NCBI RefSeq assembly: GCF_001194135.2
Contig: NC_068988.1
Coordinates: 77,688,124-77,752,123 of the forward strand
From: Octopus bimaculoides
Lineage: Eukaryota
Length of the DNA stretch: 64,000 nucleotides
Reading direction: 5' to 3'
Shown here: one piece after another, positions 1 to 11,092 of the stretch
How the letters are laid out: every line of letters begins with the position of its first letter
Numbering within the stretch: position 1 is the first letter of the stretch
Position numbers and translations under genes: made by a program
Notes under the pieces: model-generated
The model's input: the letters and a program-made list of their open reading frames with translations, nothing else
Told to the model about the DNA's origin: nothing
Databases searched by the model: none

Positions 1-306
1 TGACTGGCTCCTGTAGGATTTTCGAGCGAGATCGTTGCCAGTGCCCCTGGACTGGCTTGTGCGGGTGGCACATAAAAGACACCATTTCGAGCGTGGCCGT
101 TTTCGTGCGGGTGACACGTAAAAGCACCCACTACACTCTCTGAGTGGTTGGCGTTAGGAAGGGCATCCAGCTGTAGAAACTCTGCCAAATCAGACTGGAG
201 CCTGGTGTTGCCATCCGGTTTCACCAGTCCTCAGTCAAATCGTCCAACCCATGCTAGCATGGAAAGCGGACGTTAAACGATGATGATGATGATGATGATG
301 ATGATA
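1..306 (+). mobile_element. 3' UTR/tail of RTE-type LINE (family 1), cut by window edge
   Basis: Same terminal sequence (...cccatgctagcatggaaagcggacgttaaac + (GAT)n) as the copies ending at 1902 and 4312, which carry RTE coding sequence. Confidence 0.85.
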
Positions 307-324
307 TATATATCACAAGATCTC

Positions 325-585
325 ATGATCTCATGATCGACCAGGCTACCAGATGTTGTTACACAATGCTGGTCATAATGTGTTTTGAATTGTTTTAGCC
401 TTTTAATAGATGCCACCCCACTGACTAGGCAAGCAGGCCAGTATTCCTCCCTGAAAGGGGGACTGGAGCAACGTGAAATGAAGTGTCTTGCTCAAGAACA
501 CAATGTGCTGACCAGTCCAGGTATTAAACCCATGATCTAGCGATCATGAATGTAACAGTCTAACCACTAAGCCATGTGCCTTCAC
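325..585 (-). mobile_element. tRNA-derived SINE, family 3 (degenerate)
   Basis: Minus strand reads ggcacatggcttagtggttaga (A box-like) ... ttgtgttcttgagcaagacacttcatttcacgttgctccagtcc; related copies at 11545, 19475, 32930. Confidence 0.6.
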
Positions 586-952
586 TATATATATATATAT
601 AATTAATAATATTGAAGGGAAATAGATGTATTAGAAATCTCTACTACCAGTGGCTTAGCGTGCAAAAATTTAGTCCAAAGACTATATATATTATTCATAT
701 AAATACAGTGTACATCTAAACACATAAGAGGTATCCATCATAGGATTCCCCGACGCTAGAAAGAACAGCAAAGTTCCAAACCACTATTAGGGATAAAATT
801 TCGAAAGGAATGAAAAATAAAAACATTTACCAACTAGCTTTCTGGACCATTGGTTTCCGATTTTTATTTTAGCAAATAAAATAATTTGCTAGGTTAAATA
901 TATGCCCCATGTATATATATGCTTCTTGTATATATGTTTAATCTTTGGTGTA

Positions 953-1024
953 CCTGCTGATGAAGATTTCACCTAGCAAATTATTTTATTTGCTAAAGTA
1001 AAAATTTGAAACCAATGGTCCAGA
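953..1024 (+). ncRNA. Type I hammerhead ribozyme motif (family A, copy 1)
   Basis: CUGAUGA 957-963, long helix II, GAAA 1008-1011, helix III ACCAAUGGU, GUC triplet 1018-1020; helix I only 3 bp (CUG/CAG). Confidence 0.65.
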
Positions 1025-1045
1025 AAGCTAGATGGTAAATGTTTT

Positions 1046-1902
1046 TATGTGGCAAGAAAGGATGAGGATAGCTGTGTGAAAAAGTGCCACACTCTAGTGG
1101 TTGAGGGAACTTGGGGAAGAGGCAGGCCTAGGAAGACCTGGGATGAGGTGGTGAAGCACAACCTTTGAACATTAGGCCTCACTGAGGCAATGACTTGTGA
1201 CCGAGACCTTTGGAAATATGCTGTGCATGAGAAAACCCGGCAAGCCAAATGAGACCAAAATCCAAGGCCTCAGCCAGGGATGTAGCCAGCCCACTTACAC
1301 GTAACATTCCTTCAATGGACACTAAACTCCATTTGCGAAGACCTGTTGAAGCAAGTGAAATCGAAATCGAACTAAATTTGTAGACTGGCACCCATGCCAA
1401 CATCTCTTTCATTGAACACTAAATTCGGCTTGCGAAGACCTGTTGGGGCAAGCAAAAGCGAAATCGTGATGGCACCTGTACCAGTGGAGCACTAAGAGCA
1501 CCGTCTGAGCGTGATCGTTGCCAGAGCACCAGCTGTCTGGCTTCTGTGCTGTAATTAGCACCATTTGAGTGTGATCATTACAACGTCGCCTTCCTGGCAC
1601 TTGTGCCAGTGGCACGTGAAAAGACATTCGAGCGAGATCGTTGCCAGTACCGCTGGACTGGCCTTCGTGCCNNNNNNNNNNGAGATCGTTGCCAGTACCG
1701 CTGGACTGGCCTTCGTGCCAGTGACATGTAAAAGCACCCACTACACTCTCGGAGTGGTTGGTATTAGAAAGGGCATCCAGTTGTAGAAATTCTGCCAAAT
1801 CAGATTAGAGCTTGGTGTAGCCACCTGGTCCACCAGTCCTCAGTGAAATCATCCAACCCATGCTAGCATGGAAAGCGGACGTTAAACAATGATGATGATG
1901 AT
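1046..1902 (+). mobile_element. 5'-truncated RTE LINE 3' end (family 1)
   Basis: Encodes ..VKKCHTLVVEGTWGRGRPRKTWDEVVKH.. (RTE ORF C-terminus), then the 3' UTR and (GAT)n tail. Confidence 0.85.
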
Positions 1903-2271
1903 GATTCCTTTCGAAATTTTAACCCTAATAGTGGTTTGGAACTTAGCTGTTCTTTCTAGCATAGGGGAATCCTATGATGAATACCTCTTATGTGTTTAGA
2001 TGTACACTGTATTTAAATGAATAATATATAGTCTTTGGACTAAATTTTTACATGCTAAGCCACTTGTAGTAGAAATTTCTAATATTTCTACTTCCCTTCG
2101 ATATGATTAATTATTGAGAATTTTTTGGATAATTTTTCGAATTTTAACGCTGGCATTCTATCTACTGCCAACGAGGAGCTGCGCTTGGGCGGTAGATTTG
2201 AAAAATTAGAATGTATAAGCATGGGGTATATATTTGATTGCCTCGTGTATATATGTTTAATCTTTGGTGTA

Positions 2272-2343
2272 CCTGCTGATGAAGATTTCACTTAGCAAAT
2301 TATTTTATTTGCTAAAATAAAAATCTGAAACCAATGGTCCAGG
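2272..2343 (+). ncRNA. Type I hammerhead ribozyme motif (family A, copy 2), core intact
   Basis: Helix I CCUG/CAGG; CUGAUGA 2276-2282; helix II AGAUUU/AAAUCU plus inner UUAGCAAAU/AUUUGCUAA; GAAA 2327-2330; helix III A-U,C-G,C-G with loop AAU; GUC 2337-2339. Confidence 0.8.
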
Positions 2344-2493
2344 AAGCTAGTTGGTAAATGTTTTTATTTTTCATTCCTTTCGAAATTTTATCCCTAGTAG
2401 TGGTATGGAACTTAGCTGTTCTTTCTAGTGTGAGGGAATCCTATGATAGATACCTCTTATGTGTTTAAATGTACACTGTATTTATATATATAT

Positions 2494-4312
2494 TAGGAAG
2501 GTAGACAAAACTAGCTAACACCAAAGTCTTAATAAGTAGGAAGGTAGACAAAACTAGCTAAAACCAAGGTCCTAATAAGTAGGAAGGTAGACAAAACATA
2601 AATCCCTTCAGGTAGATGGCCCTGCTCGATCTGTAGAAAAGGCATAGGTAGAAACTCCATAAGATGTGCCCAGTGTAAGCTATGGTCACATACAAGGTGC
2701 AGCAATATCGAAGGAAGGCTAACTAGCAAGATAGTTTTTGTATGTGGCAGATGCTCAGGAGCAATAAACACTGAAAATGTGCAGAAAATAACCTTTGCCA
2801 CACTCCAGGGAGAAAAACTAGAAGTAGTTGATAGCTTCCGTTACCTAGGTGACAAAGTTTGTAGCGGGGGAGGGTGCACTGAAAGTGTAGCTGCTAGAAT
2901 AAGAGTAGCTTGGGCAAAGTTTAGAGAGCTCTTACCTCTGTTGGTGTCAAAGGGCCTCTCACTGTATGACGCATGTGTACAAACAGCCATGCTACATGGC
3001 AGTGAAACATGGGCCGTGACTGCTGAGGACATGCGTAAGCTTGCAAGAAACGAAGCCAGTATGCTCCAATGAATGTGTAATGTCAGCGTGCATACTTGAC
3101 AAAGTGTAAGTATCTTGAGAGAAAAGTTAGAGCTAAGAAGCATCAGTTGTAGTGTGCAAGAGAGACGATTGCGCTGGTATGGACATGTGGCAAGAATGGA
3201 TGAGGATAGCTGTGTGAAAAAGTGCCACACCCTAGCAGTTGAGGGAACCTGTGGAAAAGGTAGACCCAGGAAGACCTGGTATGAGGTAGTGAAGCACGAC
3301 CTTCGAACTTTACGCCTCACCAAGTTAATGACCAGTGACTGGGACCTTTGGAAATATGCTGTACGTGAGAAAATCTGACAAGGCAAGTGAGAGCATAATC
3401 TGTGACCTCTGCCAGAAGTGTAACTAGCTCACTAATTCGTATCTTTACTTCATTGGACACTAAAAACCCTGCTTGTGAAGACCTGTTGAGGCAAGTGAAT
3501 TTGGAATTTGAAATTTGAAATCTGAAATCGAAATTGAACCGAATCTGATGTCTGGCACCTATGCCAACCTCTCCTTCATTGGACACTAAACTCTGCTTGT
3601 AAAGACCTGTTGGGGCAAGTGAAATCATAATTGAACCATACTCGATGACTGGCACCTGCGCCAGTGGAGCACTAACAGCACTGTCCGAGCATGTTAATTG
3701 CCAGAGCAGCTGTCTGGCTTCCATGCTAGTGGCCCGTAAATAGCACCATTTGAGTGTAATCGTTACCAGCATTGCCTTCTAGCATTTGTGCTGGTGGCAC
3801 ATTAGAAAATCATTCGAGTGAGGTTGTTGCCAGTGCCGCTGGACTGGTTCCCGTGNNNNNNNNNNGAGCACTAACAGCACTGTCCGAGCATGTTAATTGC
3901 CAGAGCAGCTGTCTGGCTTCCATGCTAGTGGCCCGTAAATAGCACCATTTGAGTGTAATCGTTACCAGCATTGCCTTCTAGCATTTGTGCTGGTGGCACA
4001 TTAGAAAATCATTCGAGTGAGGTTGTTGCCAGTGCCGCTGGACTGGTTCCCGTGCAGGTGGCACGTAAAAAACACCTTTTTGAGCATGGCCATTGCCAGT
4101 ACCACGTGACTGGCCCTTGTGCCGGTGGCACGTAAAAGCCCCCACTACACTCTCGGAGTAGTTGTCATTAGGAAGGGCATTCAGCTGTAGAAACTCTGCC
4201 AGATCAGATTGGAGCCTGGTACTGCCTTCTGGCTTGCCAATCCTCAGTCAAATCGCCCAACCCATGCTAGCATGGAAAGTAAACGTTAAACGATGATGAT
4301 GATGATGATGAT
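2494..4312 (+). mobile_element. 5'-truncated RTE LINE (family 1): PHD finger, RT C-terminal part, long 3' UTR, (GAT)n tail
   Basis: Frame 2602-3072 and 3115-3378: LEVVDSFRYLG, RIRVAWAKFRELLPLL, MLHGSETWAV, ERRLRWYGHVARM, GRPRKTW; several stops and a small deletion. Confidence 0.9.
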
Positions 4313-4324
4313 ACACACGCATAT

Positions 4325-5110
4325 ACATAATGTTGGAGTCGGTGCTGAATTTAGTGCACAGGTAGGGGTTCACCAGGGCTTAACTCTTAATCCACTCTCA
4401 TTCATCATAGTCTTTCAGGCCATAACAGAGGAATACAAAAGTGGATGCCCATGGGAACTATTATATGCTAATGCCCTTGTTCTTATTGCTGAATCTGTAG
4501 CATAATTGAAGAAGAAATTCCAGGTATGGACGCTAAATCTGGTATCAAAGTGTTTACCTTGCAAAAACAAAAGTTGTTATTAGAAAGAAAGCAGGTAAGA
4601 CACTCTTTCCATCAGGTAAATGACCTTGACTATCTTAATCACTCTCTCTTTCTCTCTATGGTTGGGTAACCTTGTACCTCCTCTACAGCAAGATATCTCT
4701 TTCTGTCTCTCAGTTACATTCTAACCTTTCATCATGTGACACAAGGCCACTTCCTCCAATTCTCCCTCCCCTTTCAAAAGCTCTTTGTCTTGCAAGTTAC
4801 TTGGTGACCCTGCCAGTGCTGGTGCCGTGTGAAAATGCATCCAGTCCACACTGTAAAGTTGTTGGCATTTGGAAGGGGATCCAACTGTAAAAATGATGAT
4901 ATAACTGATCTCACTTGTGCTCATGCCACGTAAAAAGTACTCAGTCCACTCTGTGGGGTGATTGGTGTTAGGAAGGGCATCCAGCTGGAAAACCATGTCA
5001 AAACAGACACAGAAGTCTGGTGCAGTCTTCCTATCAAACCATCCTACCTATGCCAGCATGGAAGGTGGATGTTAAACAATGATGATGATGATAATGATGA
5101 TGATGATGAT
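4325..5110 (+). mobile_element. RTE RT fragment (4325-4630) followed by RTE-type 3' tail (family 2)
   Basis: VGVHQGLTLNPLSFIIVFQAITEEYKSGCPWELLYANALVLIAES (degenerate YADD motif); tail ends gttaaac(AAT/GAT)n. Confidence 0.75.
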
Positions 5111-5849
5111 ATATATATATATATATATATATATAATGTAGATTTAATCAAAAGATTAAATGTGGTACTTAAAATGTTTGAGGCACCAGAATTTGGTTTA
5201 AACCAAAAACAAAATCAAGAGATTTGGTGAATAAAATTTGAAGTTAAGCAACAAAAATTCAATAGGTTATAGCAGTACGTACGTTTTGTACAAGCTCCAT
5301 TTATTCATGTAGTGAGAACACCACATAGAATTTACAATGAAAATGTACTCCTCAGCTGCATAATGGAATTTCATTTTAGAAAGTCATTTTGAAGATGTTT
5401 GCAAAAATAAGAGTAAGAGAAGAAAACATACCATCTCGACTATGCTGCTGTTTAACAGACTAGTGAATCAAACAAGAATTTAAAATCTAATTGGAGGGAT
5501 AGTAGTAATTTCAAATTTAGAGGAAGATAGATTAAGTAGTGATGGACAGCAGGTTAAGCGTAAATCAAGCATGAGGGGAAAAAAAAGAAAAAAAGGAAAT
5601 GGAAGGACAATACCCTAAGGAGTGGTAAGAATTTGGAAAAAATTTAAGGTAAGGGAATTAAGGTCAAAGTATTAAAGAAAAATATCTATTCTACAGTATA
5701 TTTAGAATAATATAATGAAACACTAAATTACTAAGTTTAAAACTATAGGGAACAATAATAATTAGAACAAGATAAACATATCTAGTTAAAATAAGATATA
5801 CATTAATGTGGGGTAGTATTATTTATGAGTAAAACCATAATATTAATTG

Positions 5850-6255
5850 GTCTCTTTTGCTGAACTGCTAAGTTACGGGAACATAAACATGCCAACATCA
5901 GTCATCAAGCGATGGCAGGGGGACAGACACACACACATAAATATAGTGAGAATTTATAAAAAACAAAAAGACAAAGATGGGTATGTAAACAACAAACTGA
6001 TGTATTAGTTTAACACTCAGTAAATGAGAAAGTCTTTTACGTTTTGAGCCTACACTCTTTGACAGAAAGGAACACAGAAATAAATAGGGAGGGAAAATAG
6101 AAAAAGTGGCTATATAGTGGCTGGCGGTCTATCATGTATATACAATGGGATTCTTCCAGTTTCTGTCTACCAAATCCACTCACAAGGATTTGGTCAGCCC
6201 AAGGCAATAGTAGAAGACACTTGCCCAAGGTGTCACACAGAACCAGTGCCTATAT
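5850..6255 (-). mobile_element. SINE family 1, minus copy in two pieces (5850-5935, 6140-6255)
   Basis: Reverse complement matches the 3' and 5' halves of the + copy at 6286-6654. Confidence 0.65.
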
Positions 6256-6285
6256 TAAAAGTGTTCTGTTAGAGCTACATATATA

Positions 6286-6654
6286 TAGGAGTGGCTATGT
6301 GGTAAGAAGCTTGCTTCCCAACCACATGGTTGTGGGTTCAGTCCTACTGCATGGCACCTTCTATTATAGCCACCGGCTGACCAAAGCCTTGTGAGTGGAT
6401 TAGGTAGATGGAAATTGAAAGAAATCTGTCATATACATATATATACATGTGTGTGTGTTTATATTTGTGTATCAGTGCTTGTCCCCCACCACCATCGCTT
6501 GATAACCAATGTTGCTGTGTTCACATCCCTGTAACTTGGTGATTCAGCAAAAGTGACCAAAGGAATAAGTCCTGGGATTGATTTGTTCGACTAAAGACAG
6601 TGCTCCAGCATGGTCGCAGTCATTTGACTGCGACAAGTAAAAGAGTAAAAGAGT
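6286..6654 (+). mobile_element. tRNA-derived SINE family 1 (two halves separated by an internal TA/TG microsatellite)
   Basis: A box-like tggctatgtggtaag, B box-like ggttcagtcc, ccaaagccttgtgagtggat..., 3' half ending gctccagcatggtcgcagtcatttgactg..aagtaaaaga. Confidence 0.8.
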
Positions 6655-6679
6655 TTATATATATATATATATATATATA

Positions 6680-7200
6680 TCATTATCATCATTATCATTG
6701 TTTAACGTCCATCTTCTATGCTGGCATGCGCGAGATGGTTTGATAGGAGCTGGCCAGGCAGAAGCCTGCACCAGACTTCTGTGACTATTTTGGCAGGAAT
6801 TTTACACCCGGTTGCCCCTTCCTAACACCAATCACTCAGCAGAGTGGACTTAGTGCTTTTTACATGGCACAAGCACAGGTGAGGTCAGTTTTGGCAAGGT
6901 TTTTACAGCTGGATGCCCTTCCAAACGCCAACCACTTTACAGTGTAGATCGAATGCTTTTTAAGTGGCACCTGCACTGACAGGGTCACCAAGTAACTTGC
7001 AAGACAATGATCTTTTGAGAGAAGAGAGGGCATTGGAGGAGGAGATCTTGTGTCAGATGATGAAAAGTTTTAGTGAGACAGGGAAACAGAAACAGGTGTT
7101 TTGCTGTAGAGGAGGTATGAGGTTACCTAGCTGGGGGGAGAGAGAGAGAGAGAGAGAGAGAGATCAGGAACGATGACAGGAACAGGTGTGCTGCCGCAAA
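6680..7200 (-). mobile_element. RTE-type 3' tail (family 2)
   Basis: Reverse complement of the 4630-5110 type tail, with (ATC)n at the left end. Confidence 0.7.
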
Positions 7201-7419
7201 GAAGATACATGGCTACCCAACCTGAGGGAAGTGCAGGAGAAAGAGAGAGAGAGAGAAAACATACTACCTTCATTTATCTCTAGTCTACGCATGTCTTCTG
7301 TGTTACTGCCATGGAGTATAGCCGTTCACACACAAACTTCATATACTTAATTGCCTTATCTATTATGCTTAATTGTCTTATCATATACTTAATTGCCTTA
7401 TCTATCATGTTGCTATCAA

Positions 7420-7814
7420 CTCTGATGACTGCTAGTCTCTCAATTGGTTTGATATATGGTAAACTCTCCTTCTTCTGTTCATTTTCCACATTTTGTAACC
7501 TTTCATAGTGACACTTCCATGCATCTTACTTCTCTGAGTCACTAATTGCAAGCATACCATTATCCATTCGTACACATTTCTCACTCACCACATCTCTATT
7601 TTCTCTGATACACTGCTTTGCAATCCTGAACACCTCACATCTCTGGTCCTCATACTGTAGAACATTTGCAAATCTCTTACCTTCAGCTATTCTTTTTGCT
7701 GCGTAAACCTGATGCCTAGCTGCCCTTTAGGCTACTTGATAGAATTCTCTGCTTCCACCATTTCTCCAGTTTTTCCAAGCCTGTCTCTTTGCTTTTAAAG
7801 CACTGTCTACTTCC

Positions 7815-7815
<1 letters not shown>
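7420..7815 (-). mobile_element. Degenerate RTE fragment (endonuclease-RT linker)
   Basis: Similar to 10330-10720 of the minus RTE copy. Confidence 0.5.
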
Positions 7816-7876
<61 letters not shown>

Positions 7877-8124
7877 TTCTAATTTGGCTATAAAGCTACA
7901 TACATAGTTTAAGGGTCAAAGTTTTGTGAATAGAACGCATGAAATTGTTGGCTCTTGAGACACTTTTGTAACTGTGGAGCTGAATAAAATATACATACAT
8001 ATGATGTTAATATTGTCTACTGGCAATACGAATACATGTATGAGTATGTGTGTGTATGTGTGTCTGTGTATGTGTGTGTGTGTGTATGTGTGTGTGTCTA
8101 CACACACACACACACACACACACA

Positions 8125-9012
8125 CATGGTGTTCAGGCTAATTTTGAGGATTTTTTTATGTCTTCTTTCTGGAACATCTTGATGTATTAGTAAGCAATCA
8201 ATGGCTTGGGGAGCATAAAGATTAAAGTTATGGTTGAGAAAAAATTAGCTGATATGGCGGATTGGAAGCTACCTGTATATTAGAAAAGAATAACCTGTAT
8301 CATGAAGATTTATGTCAGGTATCCAAATGTCAGCATCATCACTGATGCTCAATACTCTGTGAACACTGTAGGATGGGACTTGGACAGCTGTAACGGAGAC
8401 TATGAAGCCATATCCTGCAGGAAGTGATACGACCAGCATTATGACTGTCCACATGTCAGAGTTCCTCCAACAACAGATGAACAGGTCCTTAAGTTCAATT
8501 CAGACAGCCATTGTGAAGCAGCAGGAGATTGTGCTCCAAATCTGACTGGAATGGGTTACTGCTGGAAGGCTAACTGTATGGCAGCTGGATTTGTCTTCTT
8601 GCCAATTCCTGAAAGTGTCAGAAATGGTTGTCAGAGAGTTCCTATGACTTCACCAGCCCCAATTTCTGGCCTCCTAATTCCTTTAATTGTAATTCCATGG
8701 ATTATTGTGTGTGTGTGTGGGGTGGGGTTGCGAAAGACAACTGCTCTGCCTGCAAAACCAAGGTTGAGCTGGTGGCCAAGATCAAGATGTTTAAAGATCT
8801 TCCCAGGGAGACAATGAGAACCTCATGTGCTAGGTTCCAGAGTTGTTTTGAGGCTGTGGTGGGACCTGAGGACATCTACTTCAAGTAAACTGTTTCCTCC
8901 TAATTATAATATAGTTGATATCTTTTAATTTTTTAAAATACTTTTATTTTTTGATGGGATATTGTGTTTTCTTTTCCTTTTATGCAAAGTCAAATTTAAC
9001 CCGAGCAACCTG
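8125..9012 (+). mobile_element. Internally deleted maT (DD37D Tc1/mariner) transposon
   Basis: Imperfect TIRs catggtgttcaggctaattttg / caaatttaacccgagcaacctg; encodes ..YDFTSPNFWPPNS.. and ..RFQSCFEAVVGPEDIYFK*. Confidence 0.7.
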
Positions 9013-9015
9013 CTG

Positions 9016-9059
<44 letters not shown>

Positions 9060-9239
9060 TTCATCATTTAATGTCCGTTTTGCATGCTGGCATGAGTTGG
9101 ACAGTTTGACAAGAGCTGGCCAGCTGAAGAGCTCCCCAGGCCCTATAACTGTTTTGGCAGTAGCTCTCTGAACTTCACCCAGCCTATTCTTATTCTAGCA
9201 GCTATGCTTTCAGAATAGCTTCCACCACTACTAACTTGT

Positions 9240-10730
9240 TCACCTAAGTAATGGAAACTGTCTACTACGTCCAAGGATCCCCTCTGACATTTGAGGGAGT
9301 CTACTTTCTGTACATACCTGGTGTTTAATGTACCTGCACATTTGCCACATGTAAAGAATACTTTCTCTGTTAGTCTTCCATTGATATCACTGCACCTTTT
9401 ATGTGTCTAATGCTTACATTGGGTGTACCTTATAGAGTTTCTCCCAACACCTTTTCTACATATCGAGCAGAGACATCTCCCTGAAGTGATCTGTGATTTG
9501 TTTGCTTTCCTACTTATCTATACTTTGGTCTTTGCTAAATTAACTCTAAAGCCCTTTGATCCCAGTCCATGCTTCCATACCTGAAATTTTTTCTCTAGTT
9601 CTGATAGTGATTCAGCAATGAGGACAAGGTCATTGACATAGAAGAGCTTCCAAGGGCAGCTAGTTTTAAATTCCTCAGTTATAGCTTGGAGGACCATGAT
9701 AAATAAGAAGGGGGCTAAGAACTGAACCCTGGTGGGTTCCTATTTGTACATTAATTTCCTTGCTATACTCATCGGTGACTCTCACTCTACTAACAGCATC
9801 CCTGTACATAGCTTGTACCACTCTCTCGCAAACCACTCATCTATCCCTAGCTTCCACATTGCCCATCAGATAGAGGAGCGAAGGACCCACTCAAAGGCTT
9901 TCTCCATGTCAACAAAAGCCAGATACAGAGGTTTATTTTTGGCTAGGTACTTCTGATATTTCCTCACCAGGAATATAGCATCCGTGATGCTTCTCCCTCG
10001 CACAAATCCAAACAGCATCTCATCTATGCTAACTCACATCTGAATTAATTAAGTTATGACCCTTTCTGCAAATTTCGTCACTTGGTCCAGCAAACTGATT
10101 CCTCTGTAATTATTTCTGTCTAGGGCATTACCTTTGCCTTTGTAGCAGTTGCCTATAATGCTGCTACACCAATCATTGGCTATGACTCCCTTGTGGACAA
10201 TCTGATTAACTATATGGGTTATCAGGTCATATCCCACTCCACCAGATATTTCAAGCATCTCAGCAGTGATTCCTGATGGGCTGGAGGTTTTCCCTGTCTT
10301 CATAACCCTAGTTGCTTATCTACCAAGCTACTGTTGATTCAAATAGCTGGGCCCTCTGTTGTGCCCTCCTTCTCCCATGCATTCTCTGCAATCAGCAGTC
10401 TTTCATAGTGGCACTTCCAAACCTCTTTTGCAGAATCACTAACGGTAAGTTAGCCATTATCCATGCAAACACATTTCTCTCCTGCCACATCATGATTTTC
10501 TCAGACACACTGTCTTGCAATCCAAAGCACTTCAAGCCTCTGGTCCTCATATTACAGAACATTGGCAAGCCTCCTCCTTTCTACTTGTCCCCTGGCTAAG
10601 CTTACCTGTCTTCTAGCTTCCCTCTAGTTACTTGATATATTTCTCTTCTACCACCATTCTTCCAGTCCTTCTAGATCTGTTTCTTCACTGTAATGGCTTT
10701 GTTTACAACCTTAGGTCTGGTTGGGACTTT
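9240..10730 (-). mobile_element. RTE LINE internal fragment (RT core plus PHD finger)
   Basis: KTGKTSSPSGITAEML..YKGKGNALDRNNYRGISLL..FGFVRGRSITDAIF..LAFVDMEKAF..HQGSVLSPLL; PHD remnant at 9338-9469. Confidence 0.9.
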
Positions 10731-10769
10731 GTAATATATGTGTGTATGTGTGTATATACATACATACAT

Positions 10770-10833
<64 letters not shown>

Positions 10834-11044
10834 CTATATGAGAAGTATTGGTATCCAGAAGATCTAAAATGGCAGGTAAGGCTATTAAGTGCTATGGGAG
10901 GACTGTAGTTAGATTCTCAGTTCGATAATAATATGAATGATGATTCTAATGTGGGTCTTCTGTGAGCATGTCTATGTCAAATAAAGGGAGACAACAAAAC
11001 GAAGGCTGTGTGGAATTTATAGGACATTTATAAAGAGAAAGGTA

Positions 11045-11092
11045 GTCTTATAGTTCTTTCTGGGATATTAAGGATATCCCATCATCAGAGAC
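11045..11092 (-). ncRNA. Degenerate hammerhead motif (family B)
   Basis: GUCU-CUGAUGA-UGGGAUAU(CCUUA)AUAUCCCA-GAAA; helix III mutated (GAACUAUA instead of CAGCUGUA); AGAC follows. Confidence 0.55.

Larger units (their letters stand above)
601..2493. mobile_element. Non-coding Penelope-like/retrozyme-like repeat: inverted partial unit (601-911, -) followed by tandem + units (912-1045 and 1903-2493), interrupted by an RTE insertion
   Basis: 601-911 is the reverse complement of parts of 1903-2115 and 2292-2493; 930-1045 is directly repeated at 2245-2365; each + unit carries a hammerhead motif. Confidence 0.75.

Noticed and set aside
1623-1720. Tandem duplication of ~38 bp around a 10-N gap
   Set aside because: Identical sequence on both sides of a small N gap is a typical contig-overlap artefact
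3667-4052. Exact ~190-bp direct repeat in the RTE 3' UTR
   Set aside because: It flanks a 10-N gap and is absent from the sister copy at 1046-1902, so most likely an assembly overlap
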